A stretch of 37,158 bases of DNA from Coniocarpon cinnabarinum (GCA_051942205.1 JAVECO010000081.1:62001-99158), one strand, 5' to 3'; positions 23,605 through 33,953 are shown, numbered from the stretch's first letter. Notes: generated by a model not told the origin, from the letters alone. Numbers and translations are program-made.

Positions 23605-24096
23605 AGCTTGGCTGACGGCGTTCAAGTGTAATTATGACCCAAGCACAGATTTTGACAGAGATTGTAAGCGTCGACTGCAGCAACTGAATAGGCCACGAAG
23701 CCCTGAGGCGAGGAACGAAGGAGTTGTGAAGCAGGCAGTCGATGCGGCGGAGGGGAAGATTAGGAAGGCATTCAGGTATTGACCAAAACACAGAACGTCA
23801 AGTTCTAGTACCGCCCCCAGAAAGGCGTTGAGGCGGCAACAGCAGCTTTCTTCGCTCCGAGCTTGTCCACAACGCCCCTCGCTATTGAACCTCACTGATA
23901 CTTTGCACGCCATTTGACATCGCCTCCTTTCCTACAAGTGCAGACCTTGTCGTGTTTGCAGCAAACTTGTCGGCTTCGAATATGCCCATGTGCATCCCGC
24001 TTTCGACATTCTCCCCGAGTTTCAACCCATAAACACGCAAGCGCCCACCGAGTTCCCTCTCACTCTCCGCAGTGGACTTCCGTCACCTCCACCAGC

Positions 24097-27000
24097 ATGT
24101 TTCCAGCTCCGCAGCCTGCCATGCTCGCCCGCGACCATACGGACGGCTTTGTCTCATCCTTTGGAACCGAATTTCGTCGCCGCCCTCCCGGTTATCGAAC
24201 TCCATCTCCTCCTCGACATGCTATTGAGCCTCTTACACCCACGCAAACTTCTTTCGACAAACATACCACGACCACACAAGAAACTGCTTCCAAGAAGAGA
24301 TCACATGACGCCATGAGAGCTTACGGCGTGGATGGAGCGGGTGATTGGTCATTCCAGAACACAAAATCGTTTGGCTGGAATAGCAACCGAGCGGCACAAC
24401 CCAGTCCAGCCTTTATTGACACCCGCAAAGCAGCACAGTCAGACTCCACAGCCCTGGAGTTTCTTGCGACGGTTGCCACCAGCCCATCTTTAGCTTCAAG
24501 AGGGCCGCAGGCTTTGGGTCCGTACCCACCGTCAACAGAGACATCTGCTGCGGAACATCATTTCTCGAAGCCACAACCTTTTGAGCGAGCCTCTAAGCGC
24601 TCTCGATCAGAGGTTCTTTCTCAAAGACCAAATTTTAGCAATGATTCACGGCCAAGCACGAGTTACGTGTATCCATCAGCATTCCGACCATCCTCGTCAT
24701 ATTCTACCATCCCAGTCTATGAGCAGTCAGTGCCCGCAACGCTTCCTACCTACAACCCTCCATCGCAGCAATCGCAAAAACACGTGGAAGACGATGTGCG
24801 CGAAGATGCAGAGCTATTGCTGAGCATCTCTCGAGGGGTCGCATCTGCGACGGATCGACATAGTTGGGAAGCAAAGGAATCGACAACTCCCTATGGACAT
24901 CCAGGTGGTCCACGCGGAGCGTTGGAATCGAGGAGCCTCAACGGATTGATTAATGATGCTCCGCTCGAATACGTGTCGAACGCGCACCCCACGCCGATTG
25001 GCTTACATCACAAGAACCTTGTTGTCACCAACCTTAAGACACAGCCTTTGCCGGGGGAAGCGGGAGCGATGAGCGCTTCCAAGGGAGCTCATTCATCTGT
25101 GCACGTGTCCGAGCACATTGTATCCGTGAAACCTAAGGATCATCGAGGGTGGCCAAAAGGTAAACCCAGAGGTCCCAAAACTACAGGCCAGGAGAACAAG
25201 AGAGCAAAAACGAAGAGCGCAAAGCGGACTGAAGGCCAGAGCCAGGCATCGAATCCAAATAGCAGGTCAAGAGGCAAAACCCAGCAAAGACAGCCGTCAG
25301 ACAGTGTGCGTTCGTGGGATGCGGTCCTCAGCGTACCTGCGGATGTTCGACGACCTCGTCGTAACACCGAATCACCTGCAAAGGGCCGAGATTCTAATCT
25401 GATAGTCGAAGAGCACGTACGCAACCCGAGACGATCATCTGCTCCACCAAATATGTCACTCGTGAGGGAAGGCCTTGCCAGAGCTGGCGGGAAACGGAAA
25501 GCAGCAAGACGGGATCAGCCCACGGACACCTGCAAGGCTTGCAAACAAGACAGAAATGCCGCAGGAGGCTTGCATGAGCTTTGGATCAATTGCAATGGAT
25601 GCAAGAGTTGGTTTCACATTCAATGTGCCGGGTTCGAAGACGAGAAGAAAGTCAAAGAGGTTGATAAATACTATTGCGACGAATGCGAGCCTCAACATGG
25701 ATCTACAACCTTCGTACGCAAATCATCAAGAGCACATGCGTCTGTCGATTATGCGGGATTGCATGAGGGCAAAGTTCGAAGTGCGGTCGATGTTCCCGAC
25801 CACCACTACATCGAACCCATCAAGACCGGTGCCCTGGAGTTCCAGCCAGAAACTTTTGCTCGTCTTCCACCAGAGTTAGTCACGAGAGAATACCTCGAGA
25901 GGTGCGGCGGCTGGACCGAGCCCATCTTGATCCCAGCCGCTTTTAATCCGCGTCCCGCAGAAAACACCACTCCTGCGGTTGACATGAGAGACGATGCATT
26001 GCGGACAGACAATGAGAAGTGCGACTTTGTCGAAGACTACGAATACGACTGCGTTGTTGATGACGGCCAAGATGACCTTGACATGGTTATTCCCAGAGGC
26101 CTGACTGTTCGACGAGTAGCCGAGCTTTACGGTCCAGAGGAGAAGGTAGATGTTATTGACGTAAAACTACAAGAGGGCGAAGATCGGCGATGGAGCATGC
26201 GTCAATGGGCAGACTATTACGAGGCCGAAGGTGCGAAGCCGGTCCGGAACGTCATCAGTCTCGAGGTGTCTCAAAGCATACTGGGCAAACTGATACGACG
26301 TCCCAAAGTTGTTCGCGACCTTGACCTGCAAGATTCCATCTGGCCAGAAGAGGAGATCGCCAAGGGTGTCTTTCCCCGCGTACAATTCTATTGTCTCATG
26401 TCCGTTGCAGACTGTTACACCGACTTCCACATCGATTTCGGGGGCTCATCGGTCTACTATCACATCTTGAAGGGCCGAAAGACGTTCTTCTTCATCCCAC
26501 CGAAGCCTAAATATCTGAAGAAGTACGAGGAATGGTGCAATTCGCCAGACCAAAACTCCGTCTTCTTGGGTGACGAGACGAAAGAGTGCTACCGGGTCGA
26601 TCTCTACCCTGGTGACACTATGCTAATTCCCTCGGGTTGGATTCACGCAGTGTGGACCCCGGAGAACAGTCTCGTCATCGGCGGCAACTTTTTGACAAGG
26701 ATGCATTACGGAACACAAATTGCAGTAAACGAAATCGAGAAGGCAACCAATGTGACCCGGAAGTTTCGTTATCCGCACTTTCAAAAGATCTTGTGGCTCG
26801 CGGTGGTACAGTATCTGGAGCAAGATCCCATTCCTTCAACGGTGGTCGATCTCCTTTGTGGTGGCCGACAATTTGAGCGGGAACAGCCGATTTACCACGA
26901 TTCATCTGGTGACGAAGAAGACGTTGAGGAGAGTGGAAGTCAGCCTGAGCTGCACAATGCGCGTTTTTACTCTCAAGCCGAGCTGGACGGTCTGCCTGAT

Positions 27001-28842
27001 CTGATCCGTTACATCTATCGCACAGTGATGATCTCACTTGGGAAACTCCCCGGGATCTCAAGGAGTACGCAAGAAGCCGTGATCAAGTCAATGCCCAAGG
27101 ATTGTGACGATCACTTGGAAACGTTGAGAACCTTTGCAATGTGGACCGCCTGGAAACGTGGTAACGAGAACATTCCCGTGTGGGCGTATCCGGATGCTCC
27201 ACTTGCAGATATTGACCCCACTGCGGCTGAGAAGAAGGCAGGCGCCGCGGCGCAGAAAAAGTTGGAACGTCGAGCGATGCAAGAGGCGGCCGGAGCTTCA
27301 GGCCGAAGGGCGTCCCTGCGATCACCACAGGCAGCCGGTCAGGCTAACAGTATGACAACCGCGACGTCTCCGGTCACCGAGACTGCGAAGTCATCGAAAT
27401 CAATCGACAGTCGGCGCATGGCTTGCGATGCATGCCGAAAGAGCAAGAGGCGATGTACACACAACGTTGCAGCCGAAGACTCACGCCCAGCTCCAGCTCC
27501 AGCTCCAGCACCAGTTCCAGCACCTGCACCCACATCCGCGGGACGTTTTGGCGTTAAAATTGTTCGACCACCAAACCTGGAAGAGGCGGAGACTCTCCCA
27601 GCGATGAAACAGGAACCTGGTGTGGAGCCTTCTCTCGCATCGTCAACCGAGCTTCTAGCACAATCTGTGCCAGTAACGGTGCCGCCGGCTGCGCAGATGT
27701 ACAGTGGACCGCTGTTGATGAACCCTTATGAACCTTCGATACCGCCTATGGCACGTGTGGCAACGACAGAGCCACCGAAGAGTCTACCACCAGTTAGGAG
27801 TACGAACGGATCCACGCAGCGGCAGCCTAAAAATCGAGCCTGTGAAGCCTGTCGTCGAAGCAAGGTAAGTGAGCGCTTGATGGAAAGAATACTGGATTGC
27901 AAGCTGACAGCTCTCAAGCATCGGTGCACACACAATGGTAATGCCTCAGCCAATGGACCTGCAACGACCAGTAATGGTGCGAAACGTGCCCAGGCAGACT
28001 CTGGTCTCGAGCACGCAGTAGCCAAGAAGGTGAAGAAGGACTCAGATCCCGGCAGCGACAATATAGGAGCGACACGTGAGTCAAATGAGCCGAGCGTGCC
28101 TCCTAAGCCCGTGTGGCCTGTTCAGCCCGAGCAAAGAGATCACCATCCTGACATGGTCTCTGCTCCCCCAGCAGATGATCCCACACAATCAGAAGCCAAC
28201 GCCTACCTCTCACCTCCTCTAGATCAAAAGCCTCCCGCTACATCCCACCAGCCAAGTCCAAAGATCTCGACGACGGCACGCGTTCCATTGAACGGCATCG
28301 CTGCAGCGTCCCCCTACCAGTACGCTGCAGCACTTGCGAACACAGCTCCACCTTTGGCACCATTGAACACTCAGTCTGCTGCAGATCAGCCCAAAGTTGA
28401 CGTCTCAGATCATCCTACGACCTTTACATCTGGTATCGACTCCCGCTCGCGTACGTCCTCCATTCACGTACAAACAACGAGCACATCCGACGCACAAGCC
28501 TCGCATTCTCCGCCCACTTCTCCTCTCACAGAGCCGGAACCTTCATCTCCTGTTCACTCCACTGTACTCATTCCGCCCATCACACCAGCGTCGTCCTCGC
28601 GGAGAACGCCGACGTCTGCGCGCCGTCGGTCTTCCACTGTCTCTAACGGTCGTGCGCATGGTGTGAGAAAGCCGAGTGAGGCGCGAAGAGGAAGCAGCGG
28701 CAGTGCAGGAAAAGCTGGCAGCCCACCGAGGGAGAAGACGCAGAGAGAGCTCGAGGAGGAAGAAAGTATGGCGCTTGCTAAGAGTTTGATGGCGGCTGAG
28801 GCTGGTTTGAGAAGGAGGGGTGTCGTGCGGTATAGTCGATGA
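24097..28842 (+). CDS. JHD1: JmjC + PHD histone demethylase (Jhd1/KDM2-like, H3K36), about 1560 aa; probable intron 27865-27918; start ATG 24097 or 24121
   Basis: PHD finger CKAC...WINCNGCKSWFHIQC...YYCDEC. JmjC RNVISLEVS, YCLMSVADCYTDFHIDFGGSSVYYHILKGRK and LIPSGWIHAVWTPENSLVIGGNFL with intact HxD...H iron ligands. N-terminal YRTPSPPR motif. Confidence 0.93.
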   Translation: MFPAPQPAMLARDHTDGFVSSFGTEFRRRPPGYRTPSPPRHAIEPLTPTQTSFDKHTTTTQETASKKRSHDAMRAYGVDGAGDWSFQNTKSFGWNSNRAAQPSPAFIDTRKAAQSDSTALEFLATVATSPSLASRGPQALGPYPPSTETSAAEHHFSKPQPFERASKRSRSEVLSQRPNFSNDSRPSTSYVYPSAFRPSSSYSTIPVYEQSVPATLPTYNPPSQQSQKHVEDDVREDAELLLSISRGVASATDRHSWEAKESTTPYGHPGGPRGALESRSLNGLINDAPLEYVSNAHPTPIGLHHKNLVVTNLKTQPLPGEAGAMSASKGAHSSVHVSEHIVSVKPKDHRGWPKGKPRGPKTTGQENKRAKTKSAKRTEGQSQASNPNSRSRGKTQQRQPSDSVRSWDAVLSVPADVRRPRRNTESPAKGRDSNLIVEEHVRNPRRSSAPPNMSLVREGLARAGGKRKAARRDQPTDTCKACKQDRNAAGGLHELWINCNGCKSWFHIQCAGFEDEKKVKEVDKYYCDECEPQHGSTTFVRKSSRAHASVDYAGLHEGKVRSAVDVPDHHYIEPIKTGALEFQPETFARLPPELVTREYLERCGGWTEPILIPAAFNPRPAENTTPAVDMRDDALRTDNEKCDFVEDYEYDCVVDDGQDDLDMVIPRGLTVRRVAELYGPEEKVDVIDVKLQEGEDRRWSMRQWADYYEAEGAKPVRNVISLEVSQSILGKLIRRPKVVRDLDLQDSIWPEEEIAKGVFPRVQFYCLMSVADCYTDFHIDFGGSSVYYHILKGRKTFFFIPPKPKYLKKYEEWCNSPDQNSVFLGDETKECYRVDLYPGDTMLIPSGWIHAVWTPENSLVIGGNFLTRMHYGTQIAVNEIEKATNVTRKFRYPHFQKILWLAVVQYLEQDPIPSTVVDLLCGGRQFEREQPIYHDSSGDEEDVEESGSQPELHNARFYSQAELDGLPDLIRYIYRTVMISLGKLPGISRSTQEAVIKSMPKDCDDHLETLRTFAMWTAWKRGNENIPVWAYPDAPLADIDPTAAEKKAGAAAQKKLERRAMQEAAGASGRRASLRSPQAAGQANSMTTATSPVTETAKSSKSIDSRRMACDACRKSKRRCTHNVAAEDSRPAPAPAPAPVPAPAPTSAGRFGVKIVRPPNLEEAETLPAMKQEPGVEPSLASSTELLAQSVPVTVPPAAQMYSGPLLMNPYEPSIPPMARVATTEPPKSLPPVRSTNGSTQRQPKNRACEACRRSKVSERLMERILDCKLTALKHRCTHNGNASANGPATTSNGAKRAQADSGLEHAVAKKVKKDSDPGSDNIGATRESNEPSVPPKPVWPVQPEQRDHHPDMVSAPPADDPTQSEANAYLSPPLDQKPPATSHQPSPKISTTARVPLNGIAAASPYQYAAALANTAPPLAPLNTQSAADQPKVDVSDHPTTFTSGIDSRSRTSSIHVQTTSTSDAQASHSPPTSPLTEPEPSSPVHSTVLIPPITPASSSRRTPTSARRRSSTVSNGRAHGVRKPSEARRGSSGSAGKAGSPPREKTQRELEEEESMALAKSLMAAEAGLRRRGVVRYSR

Positions 28843-29626
28843 ACAGCCGCTGGGGCTCGATTGATTCCACGAAGAGACGTCTGATGAAGGTCCCGAGGTG
28901 TTTTGATGAGGCGATGACAGCCACATGTCTGCTCGAAAGAAGACGAAGACGAACGCAATGACGCATACTTTCTACAATAATAGCACGAGGATTCAAGACG
29001 TTCGTGCGTGAAATGGAGTAATGGGGGCGAGGAAAGGGAAGAAGTCTAATTGGTGGTGAGGCTTTTTATAGATACCAGCTCGCATGTCTTTTCGTAACAT
29101 TTATAGTCGCGTCGTACTCGTATATCAAAGCAGATGTGATTTTCGTATCGATTTTGCCTTTTCTGGAGTTCTCCATAAGAAAGCACCGTCGCTTGAGCTT
29201 TGTGATAGCTTGCTTCTTTGATACATCATATTCCATCTGCATGCTAACGCCATTTCGTGCATGTCAAAACTCGTTCCACTGGTTCCAAGATGCCGCCGGA
29301 AATATCGGCGTAATTTGTGTATGCCACTTCGTTATTACTAGGTCTAGCTCCTTCGTCCGACTTAGATCATTACCCGACCGCACTGCGTGAGGAAAAACAC
29401 AAGAGACGAGAGAGACGAGACAATGGATTGCATTCAACGATGAGATCTCTTGGCCAATAAGTACGCGTCTGACCCTAATCGGGTTGTTCACAGCCGCGCT
29501 CCATTTCACATTCGTGAAACAGAGGCATGATTACTTATTTACTGTACAGGGACGCGAATGAGAAATGCGTTTCTGACTTGCAGTCTTGTGACGCTTTGAA
29601 GAAGTGGCACCAGTGCTGACTTTGAT

Positions 29627-29758
29627 GTCCTTGAAGAAGGGTCTTTGAAGGAGCGTCTTTGAAGGAGCGTCTTTGAAGGAGCGTCTTTGAAGGAGCGTCT
29701 TTGAAGGAGCGTCCTTGAAGGAGCGTCCTTGAAGGAGCGTCTTTGAAGGAGCGTCCTT
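29627..29758. repeat. Minisatellite, 14-bp unit GTCTTTGAAGGAGC, about 9.5 copies
   Basis: Units start at 29627, 29641, 29655, 29669, 29683, 29697, 29711, 29725, 29739 and 29753 (partial). Mostly T/C variation at position 4; the first unit is more degenerate. Confidence 0.95.
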
Positions 29759-29826
29759 TACGAAGCTGCGCTGAGGGTGCAAAGACAACGTGCCTCTCCA
29801 TGCAGAGAATGCTCGACATAAGTGAT

Positions 29827-29955
29827 CCATACGGATATATCCATACTGCTATATCCATACTGCTATAACCATACTGATATATCCATACTGCTATATCCAT
29901 ACTGATATCCATACTGCTATATACATACTGATATATCTAGCTGATATCTAGCTGA
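29827..29955. repeat. Minisatellite, 14-bp unit CCATACTGCTATAT, about 8 degenerate copies, decaying into CTAGCTGATAT
   Basis: Directly visible tandem CCATACTG(C/A)TATAT copies. Confidence 0.9.
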
Positions 29956-30031
29956 GACGCCTCTTCGCGCCCTTCTGCATTCAAGCAGAAAAGTGCATAA
30001 TCAAGAAACGTTGTTTACTTGAATGAGCACC

Positions 30032-30072
30032 GAAGAGAAGAGAAGAGAAGAGAAGAGAAGAGAAGAGAAGAG
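30032..30072. repeat. (GAAGA)n pentanucleotide microsatellite, about 8 copies
   Basis: gaagagaagagaagagaagagaagagaagagaagagaagag. Confidence 0.9.
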
Positions 30073-31514
30073 CGGACAGAACGAAACATCGCAGACTGCC
30101 TTTAGCGAGAAGGGGGTTCGTCTGTTTTCTAATGGGAGAGGGACAGAGGACGTGTCGGATGGTCCAACGGAGAGAATGGGGTCGTGCTGCAGCAAGTGGG
30201 AAAGGGGAGTGGGTTCAGGTCTTACGATTGAGGGTGCGTCAGATGTTGGAGCTTGACCTCGCTAACGGAGATGAAGAAGGTGGAGAGGGGGGAAAGGGAG
30301 AGAGGAAGGGGAAAGGGAGAGAGATGGTGACGACCAAGCATACACTCCTAGACTGACGACTGGTGGTCTGAGGTGCTTTTTGCAAGATAGGCAGGCGCCG
30401 AGCAGGGTGCTATACCACGAGTGATGATCTCAACAGAGGTAGGAGAATCAAGAAACAGAAGAGCAACTCTGAGGCAAGCCCCTCTCGACGACTCCGCTAG
30501 TCTGCAATCCCGACCGTCGGATTCGTAGAAGACAGCAGGAGAGCGAGCAAGGGCAAACAAATTTCAGAGCGGCACTGCAAAAGAGACACAGCACAAAGAC
30601 AGAAAAAGGGAAGCGTCCGAAAAGTATGATTTGAAATAATTTCCATTTCCATTAAGGCCGTGTCATGTCAAGAGGAGAATCAAGACGTCAAGTCTCAAGG
30701 ACGCTTCGCTCACTTCATGTGTTCTGTGTTCCCACCATCCCGCTGATTGATACGATCGATTGATAACCCTCGCGCGAAAGATGTGTGTGTGCGTGGAAGC
30801 CTCCCAGAAGAGATAAGATGGTCGTTTCCCCGTCTCTCCCGGAGAGCGAGTCCAGGAATGCGATGTTGAGATGATGATAGAAGAAGAAACGACGTGAGTC
30901 GTGTGACGCGATGTATGTATGAAGTTAGATAGTTGGATGAGGAGCAGCATAGTATGGAAGCTTTTGACGCCGACTTTTGGGTAAGTAAGAGAAAAGATAG
31001 ACGGGTTGAATAAAGGAGAGTCGAGTGGCGGTGATTGGTGGTGGTATCAGCTCGTATTCGTGGTGGGGTTGGCTCAAAGGTCGGGAGCACACGTGAACCG
31101 TTGTAGGGGTTTTGCCCATCAAGGGCAATAACCGTTCTTTTCCATGCGGCCGTACCACATAGCTCATGATCGTTGCGGTCATTGGCGTGCCTTGCGTTCG
31201 TTGAATCCTTCGAAGCCGTCGGAAGCATTACGTTGAAAGGTACAAATGCCATTCGTAGGGATGCCAAGGTCGTGTCTTTGAAAGTCATAAAAGTCGTGAT
31301 ATTGTGACAAAGTAAAAAGCAGCGAGAAAAGGAGAAGCCAGCAAGCACAAGAATTCATCAGACACAAAGAGATTAATTCGCCGTCCGATCCGTCATCCAT
31401 GGGGCAGTGAAATAGCAGGGTATCACGGATCTTGTCATGGTATCATCAAATCTTTTGCGGTTCGTGAGAGAAGGGCGCCGTCAAATGTGCAGATTTTCCG
31501 TTTCAGACATTTCC

Positions 31515-33002
31515 TTATGATCGTTGGACGACAGCTGATCGGGGTCGTGAGATGCTGTCCGCGCCATCGTAATGGCTGTACTTGCGTTTGTGCAGCTGGT
31601 CAATGTCGTCATCATCTTCACGTCCGCGTTTCTTCGAGGGCATCGGCGCGGCGTTCGTGTAATTGTACTCATGCGGAGGCGGATCACTCATGACATAGGC
31701 CAGATTGCTCTGAGGCATTGACCTTTGTGAACCGTACGTGCCGTTCGTCATTCCGTAATGATCGCTAGTTCGACTATAATCAGCCGGGGCGTAAGACTTC
31801 ATGGGCGATGTCTGTGAGCCGTGAGGATCGTATGAATACGCTCCATACTGTTGATCTTTACGTTCGTCATCCTCTTTCTTGTGAGGGGGTTGCATGTGGC
31901 CATAAGTCGGCATGTAGTGAGAGCTTCGTGCATCATAAGCTTGACCAGCATGGTACTGACCGTCCGGCGGGGTCGTGGTGGGGGTGGTGGGCATCGATTT
32001 GGTGTTTGGGAGCCCCGTGTCGACATGCAAGGGATGCGATTGAGCCTGATCCCAAGAATAGCCACCGTTCGCTTGACCAGTGGCACTGGTCGCACTCGTG
32101 GGAGGCGTGGGGAACGTGTGAGCTCGATCGATGGTGGGCCTGGCGCCCAAAGAACCATGGGGCCCAGCGATTGATGTTGGAGTTTGACCATTCGTGGATG
32201 GCGGCTGGGTGGTCTGAGATTGGGGAGTTCGGAGCTGGCTCGGCTGCGACGGAGGCTGTTGTTGGCCTGGCTGCGCTTGACTCGCCGTGGAAGATGTGGT
32301 GTTACGTCGAGCCCCGCCCGTTGGCAAGCCCTGCGCATACTGAGGCGCGAGAAGGGGGCTAATGTTGGAGACGAAGAGGGGATACAACGCTTCTGTAATC
32401 TTCTCCTTGTTGGCAAACTCGAGCGCGCGCTCGAACGGTATCCACACACCCTTGAGATGCATCGGGCCAATCTTCACCACGTTCTTGACCTTCTCGCTCT
32501 TCAGTATTCCATCACGCCGCCCACGGGTCATGTTGGCGACGTTGAGCAACTTGGTGCCGTTGATGAAGCAGTTGTCTTCACGACGAGCAACACAAATCCC
32601 ACGGACCTCCACTTGAAAGCACACAGTGCCTTCATCTTCCCACACGGTGCCTGTCAACTTGGGCTTCGCGTTGGGAGGTGCGACCTGCCCCGTGGTGTCC
32701 GGCTGATGACCAGGACCGTAGCTGGGTGGCGCGGAGTTGGGCGGTGCAGACGACGGCATCGTTGGTGGAAGCATGCCTGAGTGCATAGGTGGAGGAGCAT
32801 AGTGTGATGTGGGGGGAGGTGCTGAGCTGAGCGCTTGTGGATAGGCGTAGTAGCCATGTGTATAAGTGTTCATTGCCGGAGGCAGAACCGGCTGTTGACC
32901 GTAGTGGCCATAGGCCGGGCCCGAGCTGTGTGGGTGCCCGTGGTCCATGTAGCCTGGGTGTGCTCCCGGAGGTGGCGGACCGTAGCTTTGTGTGGCGTTC
33001 AT
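31515..33002 (-). CDS. stuA: APSES transcription factor StuA (Asm-1/Efg1/Sok2 family), 495 aa from ATG 33002; possible non-AUG N-terminal extension
   Basis: APSES domain WEDEGTVCFQVEVRGICVARREDNCFINGTKLLNVANMTRGRRDGILKSEKVKNVVKIGPMHLKGVWIPFERALEFANKEKITEALYPLFV, plus StuA motifs DTTGQVAPP, RPTIDRAHTFPTPPTSA, KSMPTTP.TTPP and KRGREDDD. MNATQSY resembles the usual MNQTQ start. Confidence 0.95.
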   Translation of the reverse strand: MNATQSYGPPPPGAHPGYMDHGHPHSSGPAYGHYGQQPVLPPAMNTYTHGYYAYPQALSSAPPPTSHYAPPPMHSGMLPPTMPSSAPPNSAPPSYGPGHQPDTTGQVAPPNAKPKLTGTVWEDEGTVCFQVEVRGICVARREDNCFINGTKLLNVANMTRGRRDGILKSEKVKNVVKIGPMHLKGVWIPFERALEFANKEKITEALYPLFVSNISPLLAPQYAQGLPTGGARRNTTSSTASQAQPGQQQPPSQPSQLRTPQSQTTQPPSTNGQTPTSIAGPHGSLGARPTIDRAHTFPTPPTSATSATGQANGGYSWDQAQSHPLHVDTGLPNTKSMPTTPTTTPPDGQYHAGQAYDARSSHYMPTYGHMQPPHKKEDDERKDQQYGAYSYDPHGSQTSPMKSYAPADYSRTSDHYGMTNGTYGSQRSMPQSNLAYVMSDPPPHEYNYTNAAPMPSKKRGREDDDDIDQLHKRKYSHYDGADSISRPRSAVVQRS

Positions 33003-33739
33003 GGCGGGCGCCGCAGACGACGGTTGATATCCACAAAAAGATACGGCGGTGCCTGGAGAGTCGTGGACACTGCCGACCGATGAGTACGACGTCAGAGAGC
33101 CCGCCGAGCCCAAGCTGTGCACGTCTGACGACGAACTGAAAGTGTCACCCCGAGGCGAGCTGGAAGGCGAGCTGGTGCTCTCGGAAGGGTAGGCCCAGTA
33201 CCCGGAGCCTCGGGGTTGAGTGGTGGGGACGTGCGCGTGCTCCAGATTCGCGACTTCACACGTTTACTGCCGACAGCGAAACCCAATGCCTACACTCAAC
33301 TCGTGATCGAGGAATGTGGCCAAGTCAGGACGTCGGGGCTGAAACCAATGGAGCCGCTCGGAGCATAAGCTGGATCCGGCGGAAGCACAGTCAACCAGAT
33401 GTTTCAGTTGGCAAGGGATGGCAATACTGCTGGATCGTGGCGAGACAGGTGGCGCGGATCGCAGTGCCGTAAGCGCGTGGGTATCGTTGATCGTTGAAGA
33501 GAGGTCGTGATGTGCCCAGGGCGCCAAGCGTGGAACGTTTCCGACACGTCGTGAAAGGGTTCGTGATCGGATCTATTTCGTCATCAATATCGTCTCGTCG
33601 TAAATGTCGTGAACGCGGGTGGTCTCGTCAAGGCGCTGCGGGACGGTGGACAGCAATAGCAGACACGCGGCGAAGGGCGGCGGCGCCTGCGGTGGCTGGA
33701 CCGGGTGGAATGTGAGGTCGAGAAGAGATGAATGGAGAC

Positions 33740-33953
33740 CTAAAAGATGAGGCGGGGCCGTTAGCTCAGATGAACTGTCAACGCTAGGCTGCGCCGCAAG
33801 CCAACGTCCATTGCTGGATGGGCGTGTCGTCGCCAGACCGCGACCACGCCCGTGCACCATGCCATTGACGATGACACGGAGCTGTGCCCGTCTTGTGCGA
33901 GGGTGCTGGAGGGCGTGGCTCGAGTGGGGAGGGAAAAGGGAGCTGCAACGTAC
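33740..33953 (-). other. Putative 214-nt intron in the stuA 5' UTR
   Basis: Minus-strand donor GTACGT at 33953, branch GCTAAC about 33760-33765, pyrimidine tract and TAG acceptor at 33742-33740. A CT-rich (minus strand) leader lies upstream at about 33960-34330. Confidence 0.6.

Noticed and set aside
23914..24096. TTG-initiated 61-codon extension of JHD1
   Set aside because: Looks like pyrimidine-rich 5'UTR; the conserved YRTPSPPR motif lies just after ATG 24097/24121.
29627..29955. CRISPR-like appearance of the repeat arrays
   Set aside because: Units are directly tandem with no spacers; eukaryotic context with no cas genes.
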